Below, one piece after another: positions 1 to 7,789 of a DNA stretch of 17,554 nt; the stretch's first letter is position 1, and the number at the start of each line of letters is the position of its first letter. The notes below the pieces were generated by a model. That model was not told where the DNA came from. It saw nothing but the letters and a program-made list of their open reading frames with translations, and searched no databases. Source of the stretch: an uncultured Methanobacteriaceae archaeon (GTDB taxonomy: Archaea; Methanobacteriota; Methanobacteria; Methanobacteriales; Methanobacteriaceae); contig CAZLGO010000033.1 of assembly GCA_964559295.1 (NCBI GenBank), positions 1 through 17,554 of the forward strand, read 5' to 3'. The position numbers were made by a program, and so were the translations under genes.

Positions 1-278
1 CCTCTTGCACTGGGAGTTAGGTTGTTAATCGCCAATCCAACCATTAGCATAGAAAAAAGGTGAAATTTTTTAATTGATATATCCACAGAAGTGGCGGTTA
101 AATTCCATCTTTGAGTCCACATCCCATATATAGTAATTTGGATGAGTATCGCAAGGATCACAACCCATATATCTGCCATTTCAAGAGCCTTTACAACTCT
201 ATCTGGTCCTATAAATAAGATCATCAGAAGGAGAATCCCAACTCCTGTTGCCAACAAAATTGCAGCCTTATACCTCAT
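1..278 (-). CDS. Partial membrane protein, flippase-like / UPF0104 (lysylphosphatidylglycerol-synthase TM-region-like). N-terminus only; runs off the window edge.
   Basis: Minus-strand ATG at 276-278. Own translation is open to position 1: MRYKAAILLATGVGILLLMILFIGPDRVVKALEMADIWVVILAILIQITIYGMWTQRWNLTATSVD..., hydrophobic TM helices typical of that family. Absent from the ORF track because no stop lies in the window. Sits 15 nt upstream of the 294..776 ORF in the same orientation. Confidence 0.45.
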   Translation of the reverse strand, partial: MRYKAAILLATGVGILLLMILFIGPDRVVKALEMADIWVVILAILIQITIYGMWTQRWNLTATSVDISIKKFHLFSMLMVGLAINNLTPSAR

Positions 279-293
279 AGAATCCCTGCAACT

Positions 294-776
294 TCATAAG
301 GTTACCACTTCATAACTTAGATCACGAGGATCAAGCAAAACAATGGTTTTATTACCAGATACGTATCCACAGACTTCTCCGGGGTTTATCACCAAAGATT
401 CTTTTTTTAATATCTCGCATCTATGGGTGTGTGCTCTTACAACAATGTCGTAGTTTCTGCTTTTGACGAGAGCATCTACAACAGCCTCATTGGTGCCATG
501 TACAACCACAATTTTTCTATTTTGAACTTCAAATTCCTTAAAGTCCTCAAGATAACACAGATCCTTATAAGCGCTTCTTAAACCATCTCTTTCCCCATCA
601 TTGTTTCCAAATATGGCTGTAAATTCACAATTAAGTCTCTCAAACTCTTTGACCGTAAATGGTGCTACTAAATCTCCTGCATGTATTACAAGATCCACCT
701 CTGCCTCATTTAGAATCCCAACCGCACATCTTATTGCATCTAAATTATCGTGTGTGTCTGCCATTATTCCTATCAT
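294..776 (-). CDS. Metallophosphoesterase, YfcE/MJ0936 family (calcineurin-like phosphodiesterase)
   Basis: 160 aa. Motifs are MADTHDN (D-x-H), HAGDLV (GD), GNNDGE (GNHD/E-like) and RAHTHR (H-x-H), the canonical order of the MJ0936/YfcE small phosphodiesterase family. Ends in TGA. Confidence 0.9.
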   Translation of the reverse strand: MIGIMADTHDNLDAIRCAVGILNEAEVDLVIHAGDLVAPFTVKEFERLNCEFTAIFGNNDGERDGLRSAYKDLCYLEDFKEFEVQNRKIVVVHGTNEAVVDALVKSRNYDIVVRAHTHRCEILKKESLVINPGEVCGYVSGNKTIVLLDPRDLSYEVVTL

Positions 777-836
777 GGCTATGATTTATTTTATGAGGTG
801 ACTTATTAATCTTCTGCTCAATATAAATAACATCGA

Positions 837-1950
837 TTGAAATCTTATCACAACGTTAATCAGGAATATCAAGGGACATACAAGAAATGTTGCAATTTTA
901 GGTTTTTTTTAAGCTTTCTAACCGATGTAAACTGTGAGATGATCCTCCCCCTCTTTCCTTTTTTCTTGTTAAGATTCTTGGTGCAGAAAAGAGTATTGAA
1001 GTATTCTCTGGATGTTTTCAGATTGAATCAAAAGGAGAAAACCTTTTTTTTACATCCTCTCAACCATGACAAAACCTTTTCTTGTCCTTGCAACGCTATG
1101 GTATTATGTTCTTTGTCAGATTCGCAGATAGAGTCATAAAGGGAGTAAGAACATCTCCAAGAGATGCCCTAATCGCAGATCCATTTGATAGAGATATACG
1201 AGGTAAGGCGTTTGGTTATCACAGAACCATGGATACTTTAAGAGCTGTAGTTGGACCTCTTATTGTATATTCGCTGCTTTTATCCATTGGATATAGAAAC
1301 ATCTTTCTATTACCAACATCCCTAGTTCAATATCTGTTTTACTTATCCTCTCGGTTAGAGAAGCCGAGGTAGGAAAATCAGATGATCAAAAACCAATAAA
1401 TTAAGTTTTAGATTTAGCAGGAAATCTAAAACTAACGTACTTACAATGACATTTTTTCAGCAGAAAACTTTAGTTGCTCCTTTTTTATACATCGTGTCCA
1501 AGACTTTGGATTGTTCCTGAATCGATAATTCTTCCTTATCCTATATTCAATATTGTGTATGCTGCATTTTCAATACTAGCAGGATTTTATCCGATAGGAT
1601 CGAAATAAAGATCTTAATTTTGGTAGAACATATTTTATTTGGTTTTATGTGCCTGGGCTTTGGATTTCTTAAAATCGCTACAATATTTCTTTTTATAGTC
1701 TATGGTATATTCATGAGCATGACGGAAGGTTTTAAACGTGCATTTGTATCTGATCCGACAATCTCAAAGCTAAGAGCCAATGGTTTGGGTATATTCCATA
1801 CCTTCGTAGGAATTGCCACATTTCCAGTAAGTTTGGAAGCAGTATTGCTATGGCAGTTTTTGGGCAGATTCAGCCTTTCTTTATGGATCTATGATTGGTT
1901 TTGTTGCATCCTTTGCGATGATTTTAATAGGTATTAAAAGAAAACATTAA
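837..1950 (+). pseudogene. Degraded major facilitator superfamily (MFS) transporter gene. MFS-like pieces lie in at least three frames, with stops in every frame between 1373 and 1520.
   Basis: ORF 1082..1372 encodes ...FFVRFADRVIKGV..SPRDALIADPFDRDIRGKAFGYHRTMDTLRAVVGPLIV..., the MFS TM4-TM5 signature (RGxaFGxxxxxxxxGxxxGPxxgg). ORF 1620..1937 encodes ...SDPTISKLRANGLGIFHTFVGIATFPVSLEAVLLWQFLG..., the equivalent C-half TM10-11 signature. A +1 frame after ~1870 gives a plausible C-terminus, [24 protein letters not shown], ending at 1950. Total span (~1.1 kb) matches a ~380-aa MFS. The N-terminal third (837..1081) is barely recognisable. Confidence 0.5.
1404..1433. repeat. Perfect 12-bp-stem inverted repeat (hairpin) inside the MFS pseudogene
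   Basis: aGTTTTAGATTT-agcagg-AAATCTAAAACt. Stem 1404-1415 pairs with 1422-1433 around a 6-nt loop. It lies in the stop-rich segment between the two MFS fragments. Confidence 0.7.
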
Positions 1951-1981
1951 AAAGGTAGATTGGTTAGAGGAGGTTGAAAAA

Positions 1982-2758
1982 ATGGATTTGGTAGCTCTTT
2001 TTTTTGTAGGCATCATAGTTCTGATTATTTTGGGACTTTCAATACGTATAGTAAAACAGTATGAAAGAGGGGTTGTTTTTCGTCTTGGGAAAGTTATAGG
2101 GGTCAGAGACCCTGGGCTTCGCCTTATCATACCTCTTATCGATAGGATGGTGAAGGTATCTCTTAGGATCGTTACTATGCCCATTCCATCGCAAAAGATC
2201 ATAACTCAGGACAACGTGTCGATTAACGTGGCTGCAGTTGCGTACTTTAAGGTAATTGATGCGTTAAATGCAGTTATTGTCATTGAAAATTATAATAGGG
2301 CAGTCAATCAGATCGCTCAAACCACTGTGCGAAATGTGATAGGACAGTTCGTTTTAGATGAGGTTTTATCCTCAACTGCCAAAATAAACGATAAGATCAA
2401 AGAGATAATCGATGCCCATAGCGAACCGTGGGGAATAAAGGTTACTGCAGTTGAGATCAAGGATATAAAGCTGCCTGAAACCATGCAAAGAGCAATGGCA
2501 AAACAGGCAGAAGCAGAAAGAGAAAAGAGAGCTAAGATCATCACAGCAGAAGGAGAATATCTTTCGGCTGCCAAGCTTGGTGATGCAGCTGATGTGATAG
2601 CTGCACACCCTGTTGCACTTCAGCTTCGTAACCTACAGGTACTCTCTGAAATAGCTACTGAAAAAAACTCGACCATAGTCTTCCCAGCCCAGTTTATGTC
2701 AAGTATTAAAGATATAAAAGAATTTTTAGAAAAAGAAGTAATGGGAAAAGGAAAATAG
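1982..2758 (+). CDS. SPFH/band-7 family protein (stomatin/prohibitin-like)
   Basis: 258 aa. N-terminal TM anchor followed by [18 protein letters not shown]...[27 protein letters not shown]...[20 protein letters not shown], the classic SPFH core and coiled-coil. GGAGGT Shine-Dalgarno 8 nt upstream of the ATG. Confidence 0.93.
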   Translation: MDLVALFFVGIIVLIILGLSIRIVKQYERGVVFRLGKVIGVRDPGLRLIIPLIDRMVKVSLRIVTMPIPSQKIITQDNVSINVAAVAYFKVIDALNAVIVIENYNRAVNQIAQTTVRNVIGQFVLDEVLSSTAKINDKIKEIIDAHSEPWGIKVTAVEIKDIKLPETMQRAMAKQAEAEREKRAKIITAEGEYLSAAKLGDAADVIAAHPVALQLRNLQVLSEIATEKNSTIVFPAQFMSSIKDIKEFLEKEVMGKGK

Positions 2759-2780
2759 ATCCATAGGTAAAAGCTACATT

Positions 2781-2790
2781 TTTATATACA
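2781..2790 (+). promoter_or_regulatory. TATA-box-like element (TTTATATACA) ~24 bp upstream of the trkH ATG, suggesting a leaderless transcript
   Basis: Archaeal TATA consensus TTTAWATA. Spacing to the ATG at 2809 equals the canonical TATA-to-TSS distance. No Shine-Dalgarno in between. Confidence 0.4.
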
Positions 2791-2808
2791 TCCCCTGCCA
2801 CCAATAAC

Positions 2809-4251
2809 ATGGTGAAGATGATAAGTTACCTAAGACGGGAAGATGTCTTCGTGGTTTTGGGGCACCTTGGCATCATAATCCAAGGTATTGGTGTAGCTGT
2901 CCTACCCCCCATAATAGTTGCCTTAATCTACAATGAAGGTAACTATCTTGCTTTTTTAATCCCTTCTGTTTTTTCAATTTTGACAGGATACGCTCTGAGA
3001 AAGGTTTTTGCTCCTGATGACGATATAAAACTTAAACACAGTATGATCATTGCTGCACTTGTCTGGCTTTGGGCTGCATTAATTGGAAGCCTTTGCTTGA
3101 TCTACTCCCTGAAAATTGATTTTTTAAATGCGTTTTTTGAAAGCATGTCCGCATGGAGTGGAAGTGGCCTTACAATATTTACAAATGTTGAAATACTCCC
3201 AAAGTCCGTTTTATTTTTAAGAAGTCTTGAACAATGGATTGGAGGACTTGGTGTTGTAATTGTGGTTATCGGAATATTAATAAGACCTGGTACAGCTGCT
3301 GCAAGGTTATACAAAGCCGAAACAAGGGAAGAGAGGATAAAACCAAGTATTGTAAATACCATAAAAACCATATGGTGGATATACCTGCTCTACACAATCT
3401 TAGGGATCGCTTTGTATGTTATTGCAGGAATGTCTCTTTTTGACGCCATAAACAATACCATGACCAACTTATCCACAGGAGGTATGTCCATAAAAAATGA
3501 CAACATTGGTGCATATCACAGCGATCTAATCTACTTCATAACAATAATTTTGATGATTCTGGGAGGTACAAGCTTTCTTGTCCATTATCGGGCTTTAAAA
3601 GGTAAAATAAGAGATGTGCTGCGTGATGTTCAGTTCCAAGCAATGGTGATTATAGTCTTTTTATTTTCAACTCTTTTGATTGTAAATGCAAAGGTTGCCC
3701 CAATGGATTCTGTTTATCATGTAGTATCTGCCCTCACATGTACCGGTTCCAGCATCTTACCATCATCATCCATGATTGCATGGCCTGAATATGTAAAGAT
3801 AATACTTGCAACTTCAATGATAATAGGGTGTGCAGCAGGTTCTACCACCGGTGCAATAAAACTCATAAGGGTGGTTGTACTTCTAAAGAGTGTATACTGG
3901 GAAATTGTAAGAATAGTCTCGCCTGTAGGCTCTGTGATACCAAGAAAAATAGTTGGAAGGTCAATAACAGATGCAGAAATCAGAGAAGCAGGATCTTATA
4001 CATTTATATATCTCCTGTTCATATTTATAAGTTGGATTGTACTTGTAAGTTATGGATACAACGCAATAAATTCCTTATTTGAGGTTTGTTCCGCTCAGGG
4101 AAACGTTGGACTTTCCATGGGGATTGTATCCCCAACCATGGCTGATGTTCCAAAATCTTTCCTGATATTGAATATGTGGATCGGAAGACTTGAGATAATT
4201 CCCATCCTTGTATTGCTTAGGGCATCGTTGGATATATTCAAAAAAATTTAA
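2809..4251 (+). CDS. trkH: TrkH-family K+ uptake transporter membrane subunit
   Basis: 480 aa polytopic membrane protein with repeated Gly-containing pore-loop signatures (WSGSGLT, LSTGGMS, TCTGSS, SAQGNVGLSMG) characteristic of TrkH/KtrB. Immediately followed by trkA. Confidence 0.9.
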   Translation: MVKMISYLRREDVFVVLGHLGIIIQGIGVAVLPPIIVALIYNEGNYLAFLIPSVFSILTGYALRKVFAPDDDIKLKHSMIIAALVWLWAALIGSLCLIYSLKIDFLNAFFESMSAWSGSGLTIFTNVEILPKSVLFLRSLEQWIGGLGVVIVVIGILIRPGTAAARLYKAETREERIKPSIVNTIKTIWWIYLLYTILGIALYVIAGMSLFDAINNTMTNLSTGGMSIKNDNIGAYHSDLIYFITIILMILGGTSFLVHYRALKGKIRDVLRDVQFQAMVIIVFLFSTLLIVNAKVAPMDSVYHVVSALTCTGSSILPSSSMIAWPEYVKIILATSMIIGCAAGSTTGAIKLIRVVVLLKSVYWEIVRIVSPVGSVIPRKIVGRSITDAEIREAGSYTFIYLLFIFISWIVLVSYGYNAINSLFEVCSAQGNVGLSMGIVSPTMADVPKSFLILNMWIGRLEIIPILVLLRASLDIFKKI

Positions 4252-4297
4252 AGGAACTAGAAACCTAAAACCTATAGTGAGTTAAAAAGGTGCAGAT

Positions 4298-4948
4298 ATG
4301 TACATAGTGATAATGGGTGGTGGGAGAGTAGGATTAAATCTTGCTTCACTTTTGGTAGCCGATGGAAACGATGTAGTTCTCATTGAAAGTGATGAGGATT
4401 TATGCAAAAGTGCTGCCTCTGAGTTGGATGCCTTGGTTATCTGTGGTAATGGTACCGATGCCAAAACCCTTGAGGAAGCCAATATAAGTAATGCGGATGT
4501 CTTTGTTGCTGCCACAGGAAATGATGAGGCAAATCTGTTAGCATGTGTACTAGTAAGGGAATACAATGTTCCAAAAATCATTGCTAGGGTAAGCAATCCA
4601 GATCATGAAGAGGCATTTACAAAGGTAGGCGTTGACGTTGTTGTAAGCCCTGAACTTACCGCAGCAGGATACCTTGAAAAACTCATAACAAGGCCCAAAA
4701 TAGCAGATCTAATTGTTATTGGAAAGGGAGATGCAGAAATATTAGATATTAAAGTTAGAAATGAGGAGATCATAGGTAAAAGAATCGAAGATATAAGTCC
4801 TACGAAAGATTACATAATCGTTGCTGTCTATGAGAATGGAGAGATAATCATTCCTAGGGCTGATATGATCCTAAAAGAAAGTAGTAGGGTTTTAATCCTT
4901 GTGAAAACAAAATCTGTAAGGGATATTATGAAGATGTTTACAAAATAA
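4298..4948 (+). CDS. trkA: TrkA-family K+ uptake regulatory subunit (RCK N-terminal NAD-binding domain plus TrkA-C domain)
   Basis: 216 aa. [16 protein letters not shown] is a Rossmann GxGxxG. Then [10 protein letters not shown] and a TrkA-C-like C-terminal part (...[30 protein letters not shown]). AGGTG Shine-Dalgarno upstream. Operon partner of trkH. Confidence 0.9.
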   Translation: MYIVIMGGGRVGLNLASLLVADGNDVVLIESDEDLCKSAASELDALVICGNGTDAKTLEEANISNADVFVAATGNDEANLLACVLVREYNVPKIIARVSNPDHEEAFTKVGVDVVVSPELTAAGYLEKLITRPKIADLIVIGKGDAEILDIKVRNEEIIGKRIEDISPTKDYIIVAVYENGEIIIPRADMILKESSRVLILVKTKSVRDIMKMFTK

Positions 4949-4994
4949 TTAAATCATCCTGTGTTCAGTAAAGCTTTAAAAAAGGATATACAAT

Positions 4995-5939
4995 ATGGAT
5001 GTAATAACACATATTTTGGTTCCCTATGCAATTTTAACCCTCGTAAAAAATAAAAATAAGCTTGCAGGAGTTGTTGGTGGGATCTCACTTGATTTTGATC
5101 TCTTGATTATATGGATCGGCATACTCGCTCCAGAATATTTCATTTTTACCCACAGAGGAATTACACATTCTTTTATTTTTGGATTTTTTACTTCGCTAAT
5201 TTTTCTTTTTATCCTATCCCGAAAACCTGTTAAGGAGTTTATAAGTTCTATAATGCATCGTAATATAAACATAGAATTTAATAAAAGTAGTATTTTAATT
5301 GTCTATTTTGGAGCTATTACTCACCTGATACTTGATTTTCTAACAACAAAGGGTATTCCTCTGCTTTATCCCTTTTCAATTGTAAGATACAGTGCCGAGA
5401 TATATTATTACATCGATCCCATAACATTTGGCGTTGGTGCTGTTGTACTTTTTATTCTGTACTTGAGGTTAAATTCAAATTACAAAAAATTTGCTATGGC
5501 ATTCTTTATCATTCTTTTAGTTTCATTCGGATGTATAAGAGGTTATGAGAAGATTAATGCCATTGAAACTGCAACTATAACATCAAACGGAAGCTGCAAC
5601 GAAATATCAGCCTACCCAACCACCAATATGTTCGTCTGGAACGTTGTTAAAAACGATCACAAAAACAAAAAGTACAACGTTTTTCGGTATGATGCTCTGA
5701 AAAATCGTAAATTAAACATTGGGGACTTTAACAGTGTTTCCATTGAAAATGGTTCGCAAAAATCAGCTGAAAATGCACTAAAGATCGCAAATGCTTTTCC
5801 AGAGGTTGAAAGATTTAAATGGAACGCTTATTACACTTGTGTTGATGCTAAGCATAATTCTGAGAGGTGGAAAATAACCTATTATGACTTTTTGGGTACT
5901 TCGTGGGGCAGAAATAGTTTGACGGTTTCTGTGTCATGA
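4995..5939 (+). CDS. Membrane-bound metal-dependent hydrolase (DUF457/YdjM-like), N-terminal ~180 aa, with an uncharacterised ~130-aa C-terminal soluble extension
   Basis: N-terminal part has 4-5 TM helices and a THRGITHS motif (H-x-G-x-THS of the YdjM/DUF457 family). C-terminal part (ETATITSNGSCNEISAYPTT...KITYYDFLGTSWGRNSLTVSVS) has no motif I recognise. Ends in TGA, abutting the stop of the convergent PIG-L gene. Confidence 0.6.
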   Translation: MDVITHILVPYAILTLVKNKNKLAGVVGGISLDFDLLIIWIGILAPEYFIFTHRGITHSFIFGFFTSLIFLFILSRKPVKEFISSIMHRNINIEFNKSSILIVYFGAITHLILDFLTTKGIPLLYPFSIVRYSAEIYYYIDPITFGVGAVVLFILYLRLNSNYKKFAMAFFIILLVSFGCIRGYEKINAIETATITSNGSCNEISAYPTTNMFVWNVVKNDHKNKKYNVFRYDALKNRKLNIGDFNSVSIENGSQKSAENALKIANAFPEVERFKWNAYYTCVDAKHNSERWKITYYDFLGTSWGRNSLTVSVS

Positions 5940-7346
5940 TTAAAATTCTAATTCGCGCCATGCGATTCTATCTAACTGCTTGATGTTTTTGGAATCAAAT
6001 GCATCGGCGCTCATCATTAGGACTTTCGTACCTCTAAAAATACTTATAGGAATCTCTACTACCATCATATTATCTTTGACTTTGACAAGAGGTGTTTGGC
6101 TATATTTAACACTATTTTTGGCTTTTGATTCATATTCAGCCTTTCCGTCCTTAACTTTTATATCTATCCTTTTGAATTCCCTTCCGTCATACATTCTAAG
6201 ATGGAGTTTATATACCAACTTTGTGTCCATATTGTCAGCTGTTTGTAAAATCAAATAAACATTTTTTTCATCATGTGCAAAGCCTAATGTGGTTAGATCC
6301 TCTGCTTCCAAAGGATTCTTTGTAACTGGATCCAGTCTTACATCTTTAAACGAAGATTCGGGCATTCCATATTCGAAAAAGTTAGCATTATCTATTTTCT
6401 CTATTTTTATGGTGGGATAAACCGCAAATATTTCATTTTCTCTGATAAATGATTGTAGATAATTTCGCATCAAGAATATTTGTGATAGGTAAGAATTAAC
6501 TGCCGTCCATTTTAGATCTTCTTCGTCTTCACTAAGAGGGAGCATCATCCAATTAGCATCCAATGCTGAAAGTTCTGATGGAGGAATTAAATTTGCTTCT
6601 GGAATGTAAAAGGGTGGATCGGGCCAATTGGGACCTTTATGAACTAAGTAAGTGTAATTTTTTCCTTTATAATTGGTTTTAATTGAAACATATTTTACAA
6701 AAGCGGCGGTCGCTCCGTGATCGGTATGTTCATCCCCCTGATCTGGATAGAATATCATGGTTGGCTTATAATCATTCATTATCTTCTCAAGATTTTTAAC
6801 CACATTTTCTCCGCAATACGGCGCGTTTTTTTCATATGAAAAATCATACAAAGAGTGATCAAACTGATTAGATCCTCTAGAGCTTCTAAAGAGTCGATCA
6901 TAATCCCAATGGTTGTCAAAAATCGCTTTAAGCCCCCCATCGGGGTAACACAAAAATAAAATGTTGCTTTGATTCAGTCCTAATGCTTTCATGGCTTTTA
7001 TTGTTTCAAGATGTCTCATATCACCTATGTTTCCTTTAAAATTAGTAGAATTTGTTTTTGATAGATAATGTCTGAAAATTGAGTTAGAAATTGCATCGCC
7101 ATTTGTCATTAATACAACTAAAACTGTGGCATTTTTTTGTATGGCCTTTTTTATAATTCCAGAATTAGCCAATGCCTCGTCATCAGGATGAGGTGCGAAT
7201 ATCAGAATTCTATCAGAAGCCTTAATTTCAGGGAATTCATCGTATTCTATTTCTCCCTCGTAGTTATAAAACAATATGGATAGGAATAAAACTATGGAAA
7301 TTAAAATTATAAGTCCCTTAACCTCGATTTTGTCCATCCATCTCAC
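5940..7346 (-). CDS. PIG-L/LmbE-family N-acetylglucosaminyl de-N-acetylase with an N-terminal signal anchor and a long (~200 aa) C-terminal extension
   Basis: 468 aa. ILIFAPHPDDEALANSG (PIG-L hPDDE motif) and DEHTDHGATAAF (H-x-D-H metal site). Hydrophobic N-terminus (LIILISIVLFLSILF). ORF-track start is GTG at 7346. An ATG at 7337 (MDKIEV...) preceded by GGTGA is the more likely true start. Confidence 0.8.
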   Translation of the reverse strand: MRWMDKIEVKGLIILISIVLFLSILFYNYEGEIEYDEFPEIKASDRILIFAPHPDDEALANSGIIKKAIQKNATVLVVLMTNGDAISNSIFRHYLSKTNSTNFKGNIGDMRHLETIKAMKALGLNQSNILFLCYPDGGLKAIFDNHWDYDRLFRSSRGSNQFDHSLYDFSYEKNAPYCGENVVKNLEKIMNDYKPTMIFYPDQGDEHTDHGATAAFVKYVSIKTNYKGKNYTYLVHKGPNWPDPPFYIPEANLIPPSELSALDANWMMLPLSEDEEDLKWTAVNSYLSQIFLMRNYLQSFIRENEIFAVYPTIKIEKIDNANFFEYGMPESSFKDVRLDPVTKNPLEAEDLTTLGFAHDEKNVYLILQTADNMDTKLVYKLHLRMYDGREFKRIDIKVKDGKAEYESKAKNSVKYSQTPLVKVKDNMMVVEIPISIFRGTKVLMMSADAFDSKNIKQLDRIAWRELEF

Positions 7347-7364
7347 CTCATTAAATTAACCGGT

Positions 7365-7378
7365 TAATATGGATAATC
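7365..7378. promoter_or_regulatory. Perfect 14-bp palindrome ATTAACCGGTTAAT 20-40 bp upstream of the PIG-L deacetylase start; candidate operator site
   Basis: Sequence is its own reverse complement. It is the most GC-rich spot in an AT-rich promoter region, between the gene start (7337/7346) and upstream TATA-like runs (cttaaatattaaat on the minus strand). Confidence 0.35.
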
Positions 7379-7709
7379 ATGAATCTGAGACCTTTTTAAC
7401 GGTTTTTAATATGATTTAATATTTAAGTTTTTGGTATTATGTTTAAGCATCGCTTTCCTAAAAAGATTTTCGTTTTTTTTTTTGTGAAAAATCGATGCAA
7501 AAAACAGGATTTCAAACCAAATGAGCGAATATTGAACTTTGAGATGCTATTGGTACCTTATGACAATATCAGTCGATAGAAGAACTGAAAGGAAATATAG
7601 CAAAACTTGAGAAACAAATTTGAAGCTAATGTAAATAATCAAGAACTTAAAAAGAAATCTTGTGAAATACAAAAATCCCAAAATCCTTTCTTCAGCACAA
7701 CGATTCAGG

Positions 7710-7736
7710 AAGAATTCAAAGTTTAAGAATTCAAAG
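7710..7736. repeat. Tandem direct repeat AAGAATTCAAAG-ttt-AAGAATTCAAAG in the 438-bp intergenic region
   Basis: Two identical 12-mers, each with a GAATTC palindrome, separated by 3 nt. Lies downstream of the zinc-ribbon gene and far upstream of the PIG-L gene. Confidence 0.6.
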
Positions 7737-7752
7737 AAGATAGATTCTCTAA

Positions 7753-7789
7753 TTTAGATTTATTGAAGTGTTTTTTGATTCAATCTAAA
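7753..7789. repeat. Inverted repeat TTTAGATT-(21 nt)-AATCTAAA overlapping the stop codon of the zinc-ribbon gene. Arms are related to the 1404-1433 hairpin. Possible 3'-end hairpin.
   Basis: 8-bp arms, perfect complement. Same TTTAGATTTA / AAATCTAAA arm sequence as the hairpin in the MFS pseudogene. Confidence 0.5.

Noticed and set aside
601-801. 66-aa plus-strand ORF
   Set aside because: Lies entirely antisense within or over the well-supported metallophosphoesterase gene (294..776). Low-complexity, no recognisable motif.
1404-1433. CRISPR array
   Set aside because: The hairpin has CRISPR-repeat-like GTTT...AAAC ends, but only a single copy exists plus one loosely related inverted repeat 6 kb away. 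There are no regularly spaced repeats and no cas genes in the window.
1924-2202. 92-aa minus-strand ORF
   Set aside because: Antisense overlap with the 5' end of the SPFH gene and its Shine-Dalgarno. Composition artefact.
2317-2608. Two minus-strand ORFs (85 and 78 aa) inside the SPFH gene
   Set aside because: Antisense shadows of a strongly supported gene.
3102-4082. ORFs 3102..3371(-), 3234..3443(+), 3828..4082(+) inside trkH
   Set aside because: Alternative-frame or antisense ORFs within a confidently called membrane transporter gene. Cys/Arg-rich nonsense translations.
4282-4596. 104-aa minus-strand ORF over the trkA start
   Set aside because: Antisense to the Rossmann-fold N-terminus of TrkA. 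No support.
5024-5272. 82-aa minus-strand ORF
   Set aside because: Antisense within the DUF457 hydrolase gene.
5980-6258. 92-aa plus-strand ORF
   Set aside because: Antisense within the PIG-L deacetylase gene.
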